A stretch of 64,000 nucleotides of DNA, taken from NCBI RefSeq assembly GCF_018977255.1, contig NW_024704749.1, positions 7,874,001-7,938,000 of the forward strand, read 5' to 3'. Below are positions 12,726 to 24,700 of the stretch, piece after piece. The notes below the pieces were generated by a model. It searched no databases and was not told where the DNA came from. It worked only from the letters and a program-made list of their open reading frames with translations. The DNA is from Callorhinchus milii. Its lineage: Eukaryota. Position 1 is the stretch's first letter. The number at the start of each line of letters is the position of its first letter. The position numbers and the translations under genes are program-made.

Positions 12726-14689
12726 TTGATAGAAATAGATCTTCTCAGCCATTGAACCAAATATCAAAGGTATTGAAATCTTGCTTAGAAATAATAGGAA
12801 CATCTGTTTTGCCAATCTCCATGTAAAAGCTGGCTAACACACACACACTTTCCCCCTTCACAAATCAAAGTATATGTTTTACGTTAGCAATTAGAATTAA
12901 CCTAAGCAGCAATCTTTCATCATTGGAAGGAAGATATTTTACCTTTAATTAATGAAAGGTCAGCTCCAGCTTTAGAAATGGTCAATTGTGAAAATGTAAT
13001 TGTCAGATCTCCATGGGGAGGTTCAATATAATTGTTCAAAAGTAGTAACACTGGTTGGATTATTATTATTATAAGACTAACCTCAATACTCAATCCAAAT
13101 TAACTGATTAATATTAGTTGTCAAATCAAAATATTTAGTTCCTCCTATTTTGAGACCCAACTTAAACATAGGACTTTGTTTAATTCAATGCAAATATCAA
13201 ACCACAACAACTTATCCCCCCATAATTCCCTCATCTAAAACTACATTGTTGCAAAAGAATGAGATAACCTACCCTCAGTATTCGATCATTCCTAGTAGAC
13301 TGAGGAGCTATTCATTGACCCCCTCTGTGTCTTTTTACAGTTTTGCTGAAATACACACTTTAACATTCACAGAATTTTGATTTGGAAATCTCAATGAACA
13401 AATGGTCTGATAATGTGCAAGATGCAGGTTTGAGGGAAAGCAAACCGATCGCAAATCCACCTCCACATTATATCTGTACTACATATGGTATCCAAAACTG
13501 GATCATCAAATTTGTTTTGTACTTACACCAACACCGAATGCATCTGCAGATAACGAGGAGATTCATAAAATCATAGTATTACAGCTCAGAATCAGGCTCA
13601 GCAAGTCTGTGCTGTTCTCCACACAAGCCTCCTAATTTAGCCCCACTCTCCCACTCACTCTACATACAGTTCCACTTAACATTGCTCCCGTCTCACATCA
13701 CATGATTGTGTCCAGAACTCTTCCTCCCACTCCCTGTGGGCATTTTAAAAAGTTCTAACAAGTTGACCAACAACAAATACCCAGTACGTCTAGTACGACT
13801 AAGAACAAATATTGCCATACTTAAAAAGCTGCAGTACGACCAAAATAAACACTAGAATAATAAAAAAAAATTGTCATAAAGCTGGTAAACAAGAATTTTA
13901 AGGAGATTAAAAAAAACGAGGTTCCGGAGTAGCTTCTGGTGAACGGCAAACCCAAACCACTGTCAATCTCTGAAAGGAAGCTCTAACCAGTCAGACTTAC
14001 AGGTAAACTAAGAAAGAAGCCTGGAGATAGCTGCAAATCATCTGGTGGTTGGGTTTGGGACACAAGTCACTTACAGGAAATAGTTAGTACGATTAGTAAA
14101 ACTCAATGAGCCAAGGCAGCACAGTGCCAGTTTAAAAATGTACAGCTTGATCAGTCAAGTTCAAGTTGATTGATTACAGTTGGGTTTAATACTTAATACT
14201 TAAACCAACACAGAATGCATCAGCAGATAACTAGCAGACTCATAAAATCCTAAGTGGTACTGCTCAGAATCGGGCTGTGGAATCGTGAGGTTTATCCCCC
14301 AAAACCTCGCCATTCACACTCTTCCAAAAACAATAACGCTTAATAAAAAGAGAGAGACAGAACAGACAGACAGACAACGCGGGGTGGGGGGGGGGGGGAG
14401 GACGGTCCTCTCGGCTTTTAAACGAGCATTTTGAAGTTCACTTTCTCCGCAAAGTNNNNNNNNNNNNNNNNNNNNNNNNNNNNNNNNNNNNNNNNNNNNN
14501 NNNNNNNNNNNNNNNNNNNNNNNNNNNNNNNNNNNNNNNNNNNNNNNNNNNNNNNNNNNNNNNNNNNNNNNNNNNNNNNNNNNNNNNNNNNNNNNNNNNN
14601 NNNNNNNNNNNNNNNNNNNNNNNNNNNNNNNNNNNNNNNNNNNNNNNNNNNNNNNNNNNNNNNNNNNNNNNNNNNNNNNNNNNNGACAG

Positions 14690-15900
14690 GAAGGGAGGAA
14701 AGTGCCACATCCCCACTCCTCAGCCCCCCCTGTGGCACCGGGAGCCCAAATAAACTCACGTCAGTATCATTCCTCGCCGCCGAGCGAACCGGCAGCGTGT
14801 TTATTATTATTATTAATTATTATTATTGCTGTTATTAAGGAGGGGGGCGCCTCAGGACAGAGCAGGAGGTCGACCAAAGGGCTCGAGGCCGCGCGCGCGT
14901 GTGCGCGTGTGTGTGTGTGTGTGTGTGTGTCAGGCGGCTCCACACTCTCCCCGGTGCCCGCTGAGGGGAGGAAAAAGGCCCAGACACCGAGGCCTCTCCA
15001 CTTCCCCTTCCCCCTCCCTGGTCGCGGCTCTCCCACCTCCTGGTAGCCGCTTCCCCCTCCCCTCTCCTCCGAGCCGGGACACCCGGCTTCCCCTCCCTCC
15101 CTCCCTACCTACCGGCGAGGCTCGCGGCTTGACCAGTCGCCGGGCGGTGGCCGCTCGCTCCTCAGAGGCAGCGCCGTCACCCACTCCCACCGCTCTTCCC
15201 GCCCAGATCGCGCCACGTGACCGAACCCTCCTCTGCAGGCTCCACCCACGTGACCCCCCCCCCCCGCCGCCGCGCGAGGCGGGCTCCGACCGTGTGACCC
15301 CTCCCCCCGAGGAGCTCGGACCACGTGATCCCCGAGGAGGGCCCTGATCACGTGATCCCCCGGAGGGGAGCGAGAGAGGGCTCTGGTCACGTGGTCCCGG
15401 GGAAGGGCTCTGGTCACGTGATCCCTACACCACCACCACCACCACTACACACACACAGCAACATGAGGTCATTGGGTGATTATGGGGTTGTATCTCTCTG
15501 CACAGTTATTATTCGCCCCCCACCGCCCCCCCCCCACCCACCCCCACAAGGACACTCACTTTATTTCTGTTTGGTGTACCTCCGCGCAACAAAACAACCA
15601 TTCGCCCGTACGCGGCGCCCTTCGGCGTCTCGGAGCGCACACGTTTACCACCAGCTAAATAGTATTATTATTCATACCATCATTTTAAACCTTGGGTGCA
15701 CCCGCCACGTGCACCGGGACGCTCGCCGTGGTGGTCAAGAGCGCCCTGGAAGGCTGGATGCAACTCGCCCGCTCGCGGACGCGGTGCACGCAGGGACATT
15801 CGAGCTGTTTCTATAAGCGCGCCCCGCAAATGTGCGCACGTCGCTTGTATTATAAACCCGTCCGTACGACCCCGTAGGGGGAGGGTGTGGCAATAAGGAC
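14690..15900 (-). promoter_or_regulatory. CLIP1: CLIP1 CpG-island promoter and probable non-coding exon 1 (donor GTGAGT at 14759)
   Basis: GC- and CpG-rich island 12 kb upstream of the first coding exon; minus-strand donor GAC|GTGAGT; six CACGTG E-boxes at 15214-15420. Confidence 0.7.
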
Positions 15901-18763
15901 ACGGCCATGACAAGACCCATACATTTGACACTGCGTCACATAATATCAAAACGCCTCAAGCAGCTTTGCAAGAGATTACTATCAAAGATAGTGACTTTTT
16001 TTTGTTGGCTTAACACAATATTGATACAAAACAATTTACATGAATACACAGTTTGTGCCTTTCAGGTCTCGAATTGCTTCAATGTGTGCTTGATATAATC
16101 TGCTCTCAAATGTTTGCATCAACACCAAGGCATTTTAAAAACAAATCTATTCTCTGCTTTAGCTTGAATATTAACATGAAATGGTTAAGAACTCCCTTTT
16201 GCCTGAATCCTATTTTAAAATTCTTCCAATGTGCCAGCTGCTAGCATGAAGAATGAGTATTACCAGATGATCTCTGGTAATTACAGGAGTGTCAGCTGAG
16301 ACAATTAATGTGATTACATATACCATGTGCATTATTATAAAATTGTTCATTTACACCTTCATAAAATATATTTTAGGTGCTCTATAAAATCAACTGCCAT
16401 TTATACTTCACTCTTGCTGATTTGACTACAGTAAACTCCTGATAACTCATCGCTCCAAGGGAAAGGAGCTCAGTGACGAGTTATCCGCATTTAAGGCATA
16501 TGTATAAATACATAAATAAATGTGGCCATGACATTGATAGCATTATGACTTTGGTGGTAGTGACAAGTTAAACCAGGGTCAAGTTATCAGTTTACTGTAT
16601 TTCTTCAAATCAGCTTGGTTGAGCTAGTTTTTTCAGTTCAGTAATTCTGATCTGCCCAATTCCTTTAATTCATTGACAAATGTAAATTTAGCATTGTGAA
16701 AAGAGACTGACTGTCATCTATTTATAGATTCATTTGAAATTCAGGGTGATTGAATCATGAAGGCTGTAGCTTTTAAACTGCAGGGGTTGGTGTGCATATG
16801 GAATGGTTAGATGGCTGTAGGTGTGTGTGATTTCTCTTGTGGGCAAATTTCCAATCGTACTTGCATTTGTAGAGAGCTAGAAAATACAGTATGTAGACAG
16901 GCCACTAAAAATGGCTCATGGTACATGTCAAAGTGGCCAGTCTAGTTATTTTCTAGGCCATCATTTAATAATAGCACTGTGTGCCAGACAATATGTCAAA
17001 ATTACACCACGCTCAAAGATAAAGACAAGACAATCAATCCACTTGATGAAAGGACAATGGTTTGGGACATTCCCCAGCGCCCTGGTATGTCCTCCCACTT
17101 GAAAGCAGTTATATAAATGTAAATTTGTATAGTATTTCTGTGAATGTTCCTTGCTGGACCCCCAAGGGTCAAAGCCCAAATTGGCTTCTGGGAATCCCAT
17201 TCACAGCTACAGTAACATTTCCATTGAAAAAACACCTGATCTAATGCTCTTCAAAATCAGAGATTATCGAGTCACCAAACAATGGGAATTACCCTCTCTA
17301 AATAGTTCAGTAGGATCCACTCTTTAACCGCCCCATTTCAAGGAAAAATACCCTGTTTTTTTCCAAGTAGGTCCTCAAAACTAGAAACCTAAAAAGATGT
17401 CATTATCTCAAATTCTTTTCAGTGCAACTGCAGTATAAGCTGTGGTTGTGACCACACCAGGTAGAATTACTGGGTAAACACCAGCTTTCTTGTGGTCTGT
17501 TGAAGCTGTTCTGAAAAGAATGATGTAATGTAAAAAAGAAGCCGTCAGCACTTTGATGTGTTCCAGAAGCATAAACCAGAGAAACCTCAACACCTCACCT
17601 TGTTTTGATCCACACCCAAATGCAACTCCCATCCCAAAGGCTCTTTGAAATGTTGTAAGGGATTCGATGAATCAGAGCTTACAATGCACTTTCCTGGGGT
17701 TACACCTGCTCATTTATTACAGCTCTTACAAGCCACTTGCTTGCTGTGCTAGCAACATTTCAGCACCAATATATGGATCCATCTGCACTGCTGTGCGATG
17801 TCCAGTGAAACACAGGGATGAAATGCTGATCCCCAGCCTCCTGACTCAGGATACTCCTATATCAAATGCAAAGATTATTATTATTATTGTGGTTAAAAAC
17901 ACTTGCCTGTCTCACTCTGTGCTAATTAATATCAGGACTGTCAATTGTGGAGAGAAAGTGAATGTGGGGGGGGGTTCACTGCAAATACTCTGTGCTCAAC
18001 TTCAAAGGCCACCGGAGAACCAGAAGCACAGGATGGCAGGAGGAAAATCAGCAGAATAAACTTCTAAGATATTTCAAAACCATTTAATGCAGTCACAAAA
18101 TACTAAACTAGGATTTTGTAGAATTTTTTTATCATATTTCTGTAATCCACAGCTGTACACCTTTTTTTGTTGTTGTAAAGAATGGCGTTATAAAGGTAGA
18201 AGCAGCTTTAAAAAACTAAAGCATATGTGGATATTCATAAAATACCTGAAAACAGCCCTGGTAAATCCCTGACAATTTCAATGATCAGTTATTAGAATTT
18301 TAAAATACATTAAAATCCTTGGTATAATTATACAAAAGTACACTGATAATATCAAAAAACAAATATCAATTGTGTGTTCTGTTATATAAACAAAGATTCC
18401 ATGTACAAGTATTGACTAAAAATCCCATCACTCTACATTTTAAGACTGTTCAGAAAATGTAGAATGAGATCACGTCCCGGGGGGACACCTTTCAAAGTAA
18501 ATATTACACAACAAAAGGTTCCTTTCTGCAACAAGAGACAACACTGCAATTTTCACTCATCACCGTTTGTTTTTTTTGTAAATAAAAAAACAGCAATAAC
18601 ATCCACTTCTCTGTGATGTCTTCCGAGAAAACACCACCCTCTGCTGTGGAGACATCTCGGTGAAGAAAGCACCAGCGTAGTTAGTGCACGGTCACCCGGT
18701 GAGACAAGAAGTCCTGGATCTTGCTGTCTTGAGTGCATTTCCCCACGGAGACAGACCCACAGT

Positions 18764-21700
18764 TCATTTCTTCTTCATTTGGTTTCTCGGGGAGTTCTTC
18801 AGCAGGCTCCTCAGTTTGAGGTACGTCCCCGTCGACTCGGAGAGATTGTCGTATTCAAACGGCGTGATTCCTGTGGCGAACTTGCCGATGTCGGGGACGG
18901 AGGAGACCCGGTGCTCGGCTTGTGCTTTGGAAACGGCAGAACCTGGGACCCCATCGTCGGTGGCTTCCTCCAAACATACCTGGTTTCCTCCATTCGTGGT
19001 TCCAGTGGCCGGCTTCAGTGCGGGCTCCTCTTCAGTGCCACTGTTGCAGTGCATTTCTGCCTCCACAGTCTCCGGTTTTTGACTCTCCTCCTGTTGAGGG
19101 TGGTACTTTCCATTACACTGACTGGTTCATCCCTAGAGTCCACCAAAGATGCTTCTGCACTGGGGCTCTTCGTTTTATTTCCAATGATTCCCGTTTTTCC
19201 ACCGGATTCCTCAAACTCCATGGGAATGTCGGGAGGATTCAGTGCCAGGGAGGAGCCTGCAGAGTTCCGGGTGAGAGGGGAATCGGAAGGAGCCTCCACC
19301 TCACTGTTGATGCTCTCAGCCTGCTCCAGCTCAGCCCAGATCAACCTCTGTTGTTCTTCCAGCTCTTCCAGCGATAAGCCGTCTTCATTCAAAGCTTCGT
19401 CCACAATCCGAGGAATGCTGCTGAAGTGACCTTTTCCTTGTGAACACCCTGCTGGAGAGTAGTTAGGGGTCGATGGCGGGGTGTCTTTGGGGAGTGGAGG
19501 AGGGGTTGGGGTGAGGGGTGGAGGTGGGATGAAGGAGGGCGGTGTTGCAGGGGGCGTTCCTTTGGGTAAAGGAGGCGGGGTTGAACGCAGCTGGTGATTG
19601 GGAGGCAGGGAAGGAACATGGTTTCTAGGCCTTGGAGTATCTGAACCTGTGAAAGTAATAAACAAGAAAATTACACACAAAGCTTCCATTGCACAACTCG
19701 GATTGATCCATAAATTCTACAAGTGACTCATTCTCAGTTTGTACTGAAACTTAGCTTATCTGGAACCTCAGTAAGTCCTGAACAAATCTGGCGGACATTC
19801 CACATGCTGTTTGATTTCAGCAAATGTGGAGACCGAACACCTAAAAACTCAGTGTGTAATGAATACAAGTCTCCAATTATTATTTAAAAGCAGTTTTGCA
19901 TCTAGGTCTCCCTAGGATCCGAGACTTTAAACAAAACTATGTTCTCTTAAAATGGATCTGCCATTTCCACAAGTCTTAAATTGAGTCTTGAAGCAACACC
20001 GAAGTCTTCGATGAGGAACAGCGACTAGTTGTACACTAACGCACTTAAATTCTATACCTGAATCAATGTCCATGTCAAATGTGGATGCGTTTGAGACGAG
20101 TTCATTAGATTTGCGCTTCTTTACATGCTGAGGGCTTCTGTCACAATCCGAACCCCTCTTGTTAGAAATGAGTACAGTCTGGGGAGAAATTACCGTTAGT
20201 CACACAGCAACAGGACAGTCATCAAAACACTTCCATTAAGAGGCCAGGCATTATTTTACGGCTTGGCCTTGATGGGAGGAATCACCAACTACAGCTTTGG
20301 TGGAGAAGCAGATGTCGTTGTGGATCTTGCACATATTCCATATACCTTTCAGAGGGAGTTGTCAGAGAGGCTTTAACAAGCCTTGGTTGAGTTCCGTGAC
20401 TACATTTCAAACAATGCCTGCTTATGACAAAGTCTTGTCTACCGAAGAATGACACACCGCTCAGCAGTGCAAATAAAACACAAGAGTCTCAGATTCTACT
20501 TAACGCAAAAAGCAAAGCAACAGATCTCTACCTAATGGATGGGCTGAAAGGTAAAATGTGTTGGGACTTGCCTTGGGAAAACATGCAGCCAGATGACTTG
20601 CAAATTGCTCCTTCAAGTGATGTGACTGTATTGGAATCGAACCATAGAGCCTCCACTCCTGGGGAGACACACAATAACAGGAGATAAATCGTACACGTCA
20701 AGCTAAAGAGGTATTGTGAGACATATTCTCTCCTGTAATGTACACTTCTTTTCTGGTTGGTTTGAGGCAATTGCTTTGAACCGAAAGTAATAACAGTCCT
20801 TGCATTTGAGATAGTGCCTTATCACGTCTTCGAGACATCTCAAAGCGCTTCACAAAATTTACTGTAAAGTGAATTGACTGTGTATATTTTGTAGGCGAAA
20901 CACGGCAACCAATTATGCACAGCAGTGTCCGACAAACACTCGTGCATTGAGTGAACAAATTATTATTATTTCTTAGATTTTTTTTGAAGGGATTATTACC
21001 CCTGAAAAAGTAATCCGCAAATTGACTAACGAGATTCCTACTTACTGCCTAATGTTTTATCCTGCCCAAGAATCAAACCCGGATCCGAGGCCAGTGCACT
21101 AATGAATACACAAATCAGCCAAGTACCCCACTAGATTTTCTTTACCCAACAAGAGGTTTGAGAAATATCAAGTACAAAGCTTACATCTTGTATTCCCTTC
21201 GGGAGAATGACGTTGAACCCTATGTAATCTATTAGCTTGCTTGTATCATACGCTGGTTGATGAGTTTTGGGATGTTGCTCGTTGTCCTGTACTTCACCAT
21301 CACTGGAGTCTGCACAAAACAAACATGGACTGTTAAAGGGATGTTGATTCTTCCCAAAAGCTAAAAAGTCCATCTTCACAGCAACTTACAACCGCCCATT
21401 TATTGGGCACTTGTTTTCTTTTTTTTAAAAAAACTTTTAACATTTAAATGAATTTACAGAGGCCAATATTCAAGCATCTATAGTCATGTTTTGATGGGTT
21501 TGTTCAACACTCTTCAGAATCAAAGATATAAAGGGGGAAGCAAGCAAGTTGGTTTAAAGTTGATGTTATCAATGAGGAGCAAGCATAGCACAGGTACAAG
21601 CAGCTGAACAGCTGCCTTCTGTGCTGATGATTTTACGCTTTACCTTTTCCATCGTATAAAGCAAGCCCTGAAGTCTCCAGCTCAGCCTCCTCCAGCCACC

Positions 21701-24700
21701 CAGGTGGGTAACCCAATTGGCGCATTCGATATATAAACGGGGGGAGATTTTCATCAGTCATGCCTAGAGCGTCTTTAAGTTCGTCGCTGCATAACAGAAC
21801 AAGCAAAACAAAGGAGCAAATCAGTGAAAGAGCGCACCATTCCCACTGAACATTAGGGGTCCCATTCCCAGGGCTAGACACGTCAGGTACTGCTGAAACT
21901 CCAAGGGTGGTTGGCTGTGGTTAGTAAGCTTGCTCCAGCTTCTTGTCTGGTCTCATTAAAGTGAAAGGAGTCACTGCCAGCGAGTCAAGACTGATTACAT
22001 TTACCCTTTATGCCCAGAAATTTTCCTTTGGCAAACCAAAGCTATTTTTTATGCAGAACAAATTAATAATAATAATCCTTGCATTTGATATAGCGCTTTT
22101 CATGTCTGAGACGTCTCAAAGCTCTTCACAGAATATGCTGTAAAGTGAATTGACTGTATATTTATAGGCGAAACGCGGCAGCCAATTGCGCACAGCAGCG
22201 TCCCACAAACGTGGACTGAAAATGACCAATTTATTATTGTTTTTTTTTGGAGGGATTATTTTATTAGGCGTGTGGAGTAAGGAACCTTCCTCAACGTTTC
22301 GCCTGCCTGGAATTGAACCCAGGTGTCTTGCTTACAAGGCGAGTGCTCCAACCAGAGCTACAGGACTCCAAATAATGGCAAATACAGGGTATAGATAGGA
22401 GGACAAAGGAGAGGGGAACCAGATGACGTGCTCTTCCTCAGTCATCAAAGATGTCTTTACCTGATTACACCTGGCTTGAACTTGTCAAACTTCTCTTCGT
22501 GGTACCGGTGCTGAGAGTTTGGATGTGGTGAATCACTAACCATGGTCATGAATTCCTTCCGCTTTTCACTAATGCGAGCCAGGTCACGAGGCTATTGTAA
22601 AACATACCAAACTCAAAAGGCTGAAGGTGTTTGGATGACTTTCGCTTATTTTACACAGTGAATAAAATACAAAAACCTTAGGTGACTGAATGTGCAGATA
22701 AGCTAGAAAAAACATGGATGCAAAATATTAGTAGGTTCATCATCCCAAACTCTGCGTAGGGCTAGAACATAATCCGGGGTAAAGCACTCTCTCCCCTTCT
22801 CTTTTGAAGGTGCCGACTCTCAATGGGGCAGAACTCCACATGCACTAACTGCAGCCTTCTGGCACCTCCCAGTGGCCAATCCTCATGGGTGAGCCTCGTC
22901 AATGAGTCTACAAGATACTTAACTCCATCTTTGCCCACTGAAACTGGTGGTTAGTATATTATAATAATCCTTGCATTTGATATAGCGCTTTATCACGTTG
23001 TTGAGATGTCTCAAAGCACTTTATACTGTAAACTGAATTGACTGTATATCTTGTTGGCGAAACTATAAACCATGTCAAATCTTTGAATTCCATTTTGCTG
23101 CCTTTCCTTCTTAAACCTTACTTCTCAAGTTTCCACCTATCTTCTCTCTAACATCCCAATCAATTCAGCGCCTGCTGGCTTCTGGAAGAGTGCACCCCAT
23201 ATTCTCCTGCCATTTTATGTGAAAAACATAGGTTAAAAAAAATCACAGTGCAAATTCATGGCCATCTTACCTTCGGACAATCTTTCAGCTGATGTTCTGT
23301 TGAACCACAGTTGAAACAACACGCCTTCGGTCTGTTTGATACAAAACGTTTTTTTCCCACATGTCAACAACACATTCCCCTCTCTCAGAAATCTCACAAG
23401 CACATACTTTGATAGATTCTCCAGTAAGACAATTGAAGGCATTATACGTACCTCTTCGCTTTCAATCCCACTTCTTGTCCATCTAAGGACACGGCCTGGG
23501 CAAAGATTTGTTCGTATCTTTACAGGACATTCAGGAATTACGCAACAAGATCTTTGGACACACATCACACCAGTTTACGTGCCTTAATAAACGTGCAGCA
23601 TTAAATCACGTGAGCCTTCTCATAGTCAACAAACAATTGTTTTGGACACAAAGGATATTGTACTAAGAGAGAAAGAGGCTACAACAGAACCCCATTAATC
23701 TGGTTCTTTTATCTCCATCAAAAATCTCTCTGGTCATTTGTATCAAACCACTCCAGAGATATATTAATAATTGCCACAATTATAATAAGGAAATCAAATA
23801 CATTTTGCATTGTACTATGACGATTCCCAAATTAAATTTTAGTGCTCCAATTCTTTTCCAATTTTCTCTGCTTTTCTCCTTGCATTTGATATAGCACCTT
23901 ATCATGTCTTCGAGACATCTCAAAGCGCTTCACAAAATATACTGTGAAGTGAATTGACTGTATATTTTGTGGGTGAAACGTGGTAGCCGATTGTGCCTGG
24001 CAGTATCCCACGAATAGTCATAGATTCAATGACCACATTTGTTTTAAAAAATGGCTTATTACCTCTAGAAAAGCGATCCGCCAACAGACTAACAACCGGG
24101 TTCCTACTGACTGCTAGATAAACAGAGGCTTGTAGAGTAAGGAAACTTGCCCAACGTTTCACCCTGCCCGGGAATCTAACCCAGGTCCTCTCGCTTGCAA
24201 GGCAAGTGCTCTAACCACTACACCACAGGACTCCACATTTTCCTTTAATTGTGCAGGATACTTTGGTATTTCCCATCCATCAGTCAGCTGTGGATTCTCG
24301 TTAAGCAGTGGTTGTCCAAGTTTGTCAAGGCAGAAATTGGTGAAGTACTGAACGCTTCCCACAACCTGTGTGAAAACAATGTACAAAGCTTTCCTGATAT
24401 TCATTGGATCAGTTGACAACGACCACAGATGTCGTTTGCTGCTGTTACTTGCATAATTGCAAATTCTGCACAACCTTTCCTTAGACCATTCGCAGATGGT
24501 ATGTACAAGAAACAGACTACAAGAACAACTGAATAATTGAAGTTGAGGTACAGATCAGTCATGATCTAATAGAATGGCAGAACAGGCTCGATGGGCTGAA
24601 TAGCCTCATTCTGTTCCTATGACCAAAGGGCCTTTTTCTTTCCATGACGTTAATATTTTGAGCAATCATTAAATGTTCAGAATTTTCCCCAACTCTCATC

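Noticed and set aside
14702-15949. Multiple Pro/Arg-rich ORFs
   Set aside because: Expected in a GC-rich CpG island; no recognisable protein.
19074-19125. Programmed -1 frameshift or micro-intron rescuing the ZCCHC8 frame
   Set aside because: C_AAA_AAC is not a canonical X_XXY_YYZ slippery site, and the frame-restoring GT..AG I found spans only 32 nt, too short for a vertebrate intron.
18684-19429. + strand ORFs of 132-216 aa
   Set aside because: Antisense shadows of the ZCCHC8 last exon.
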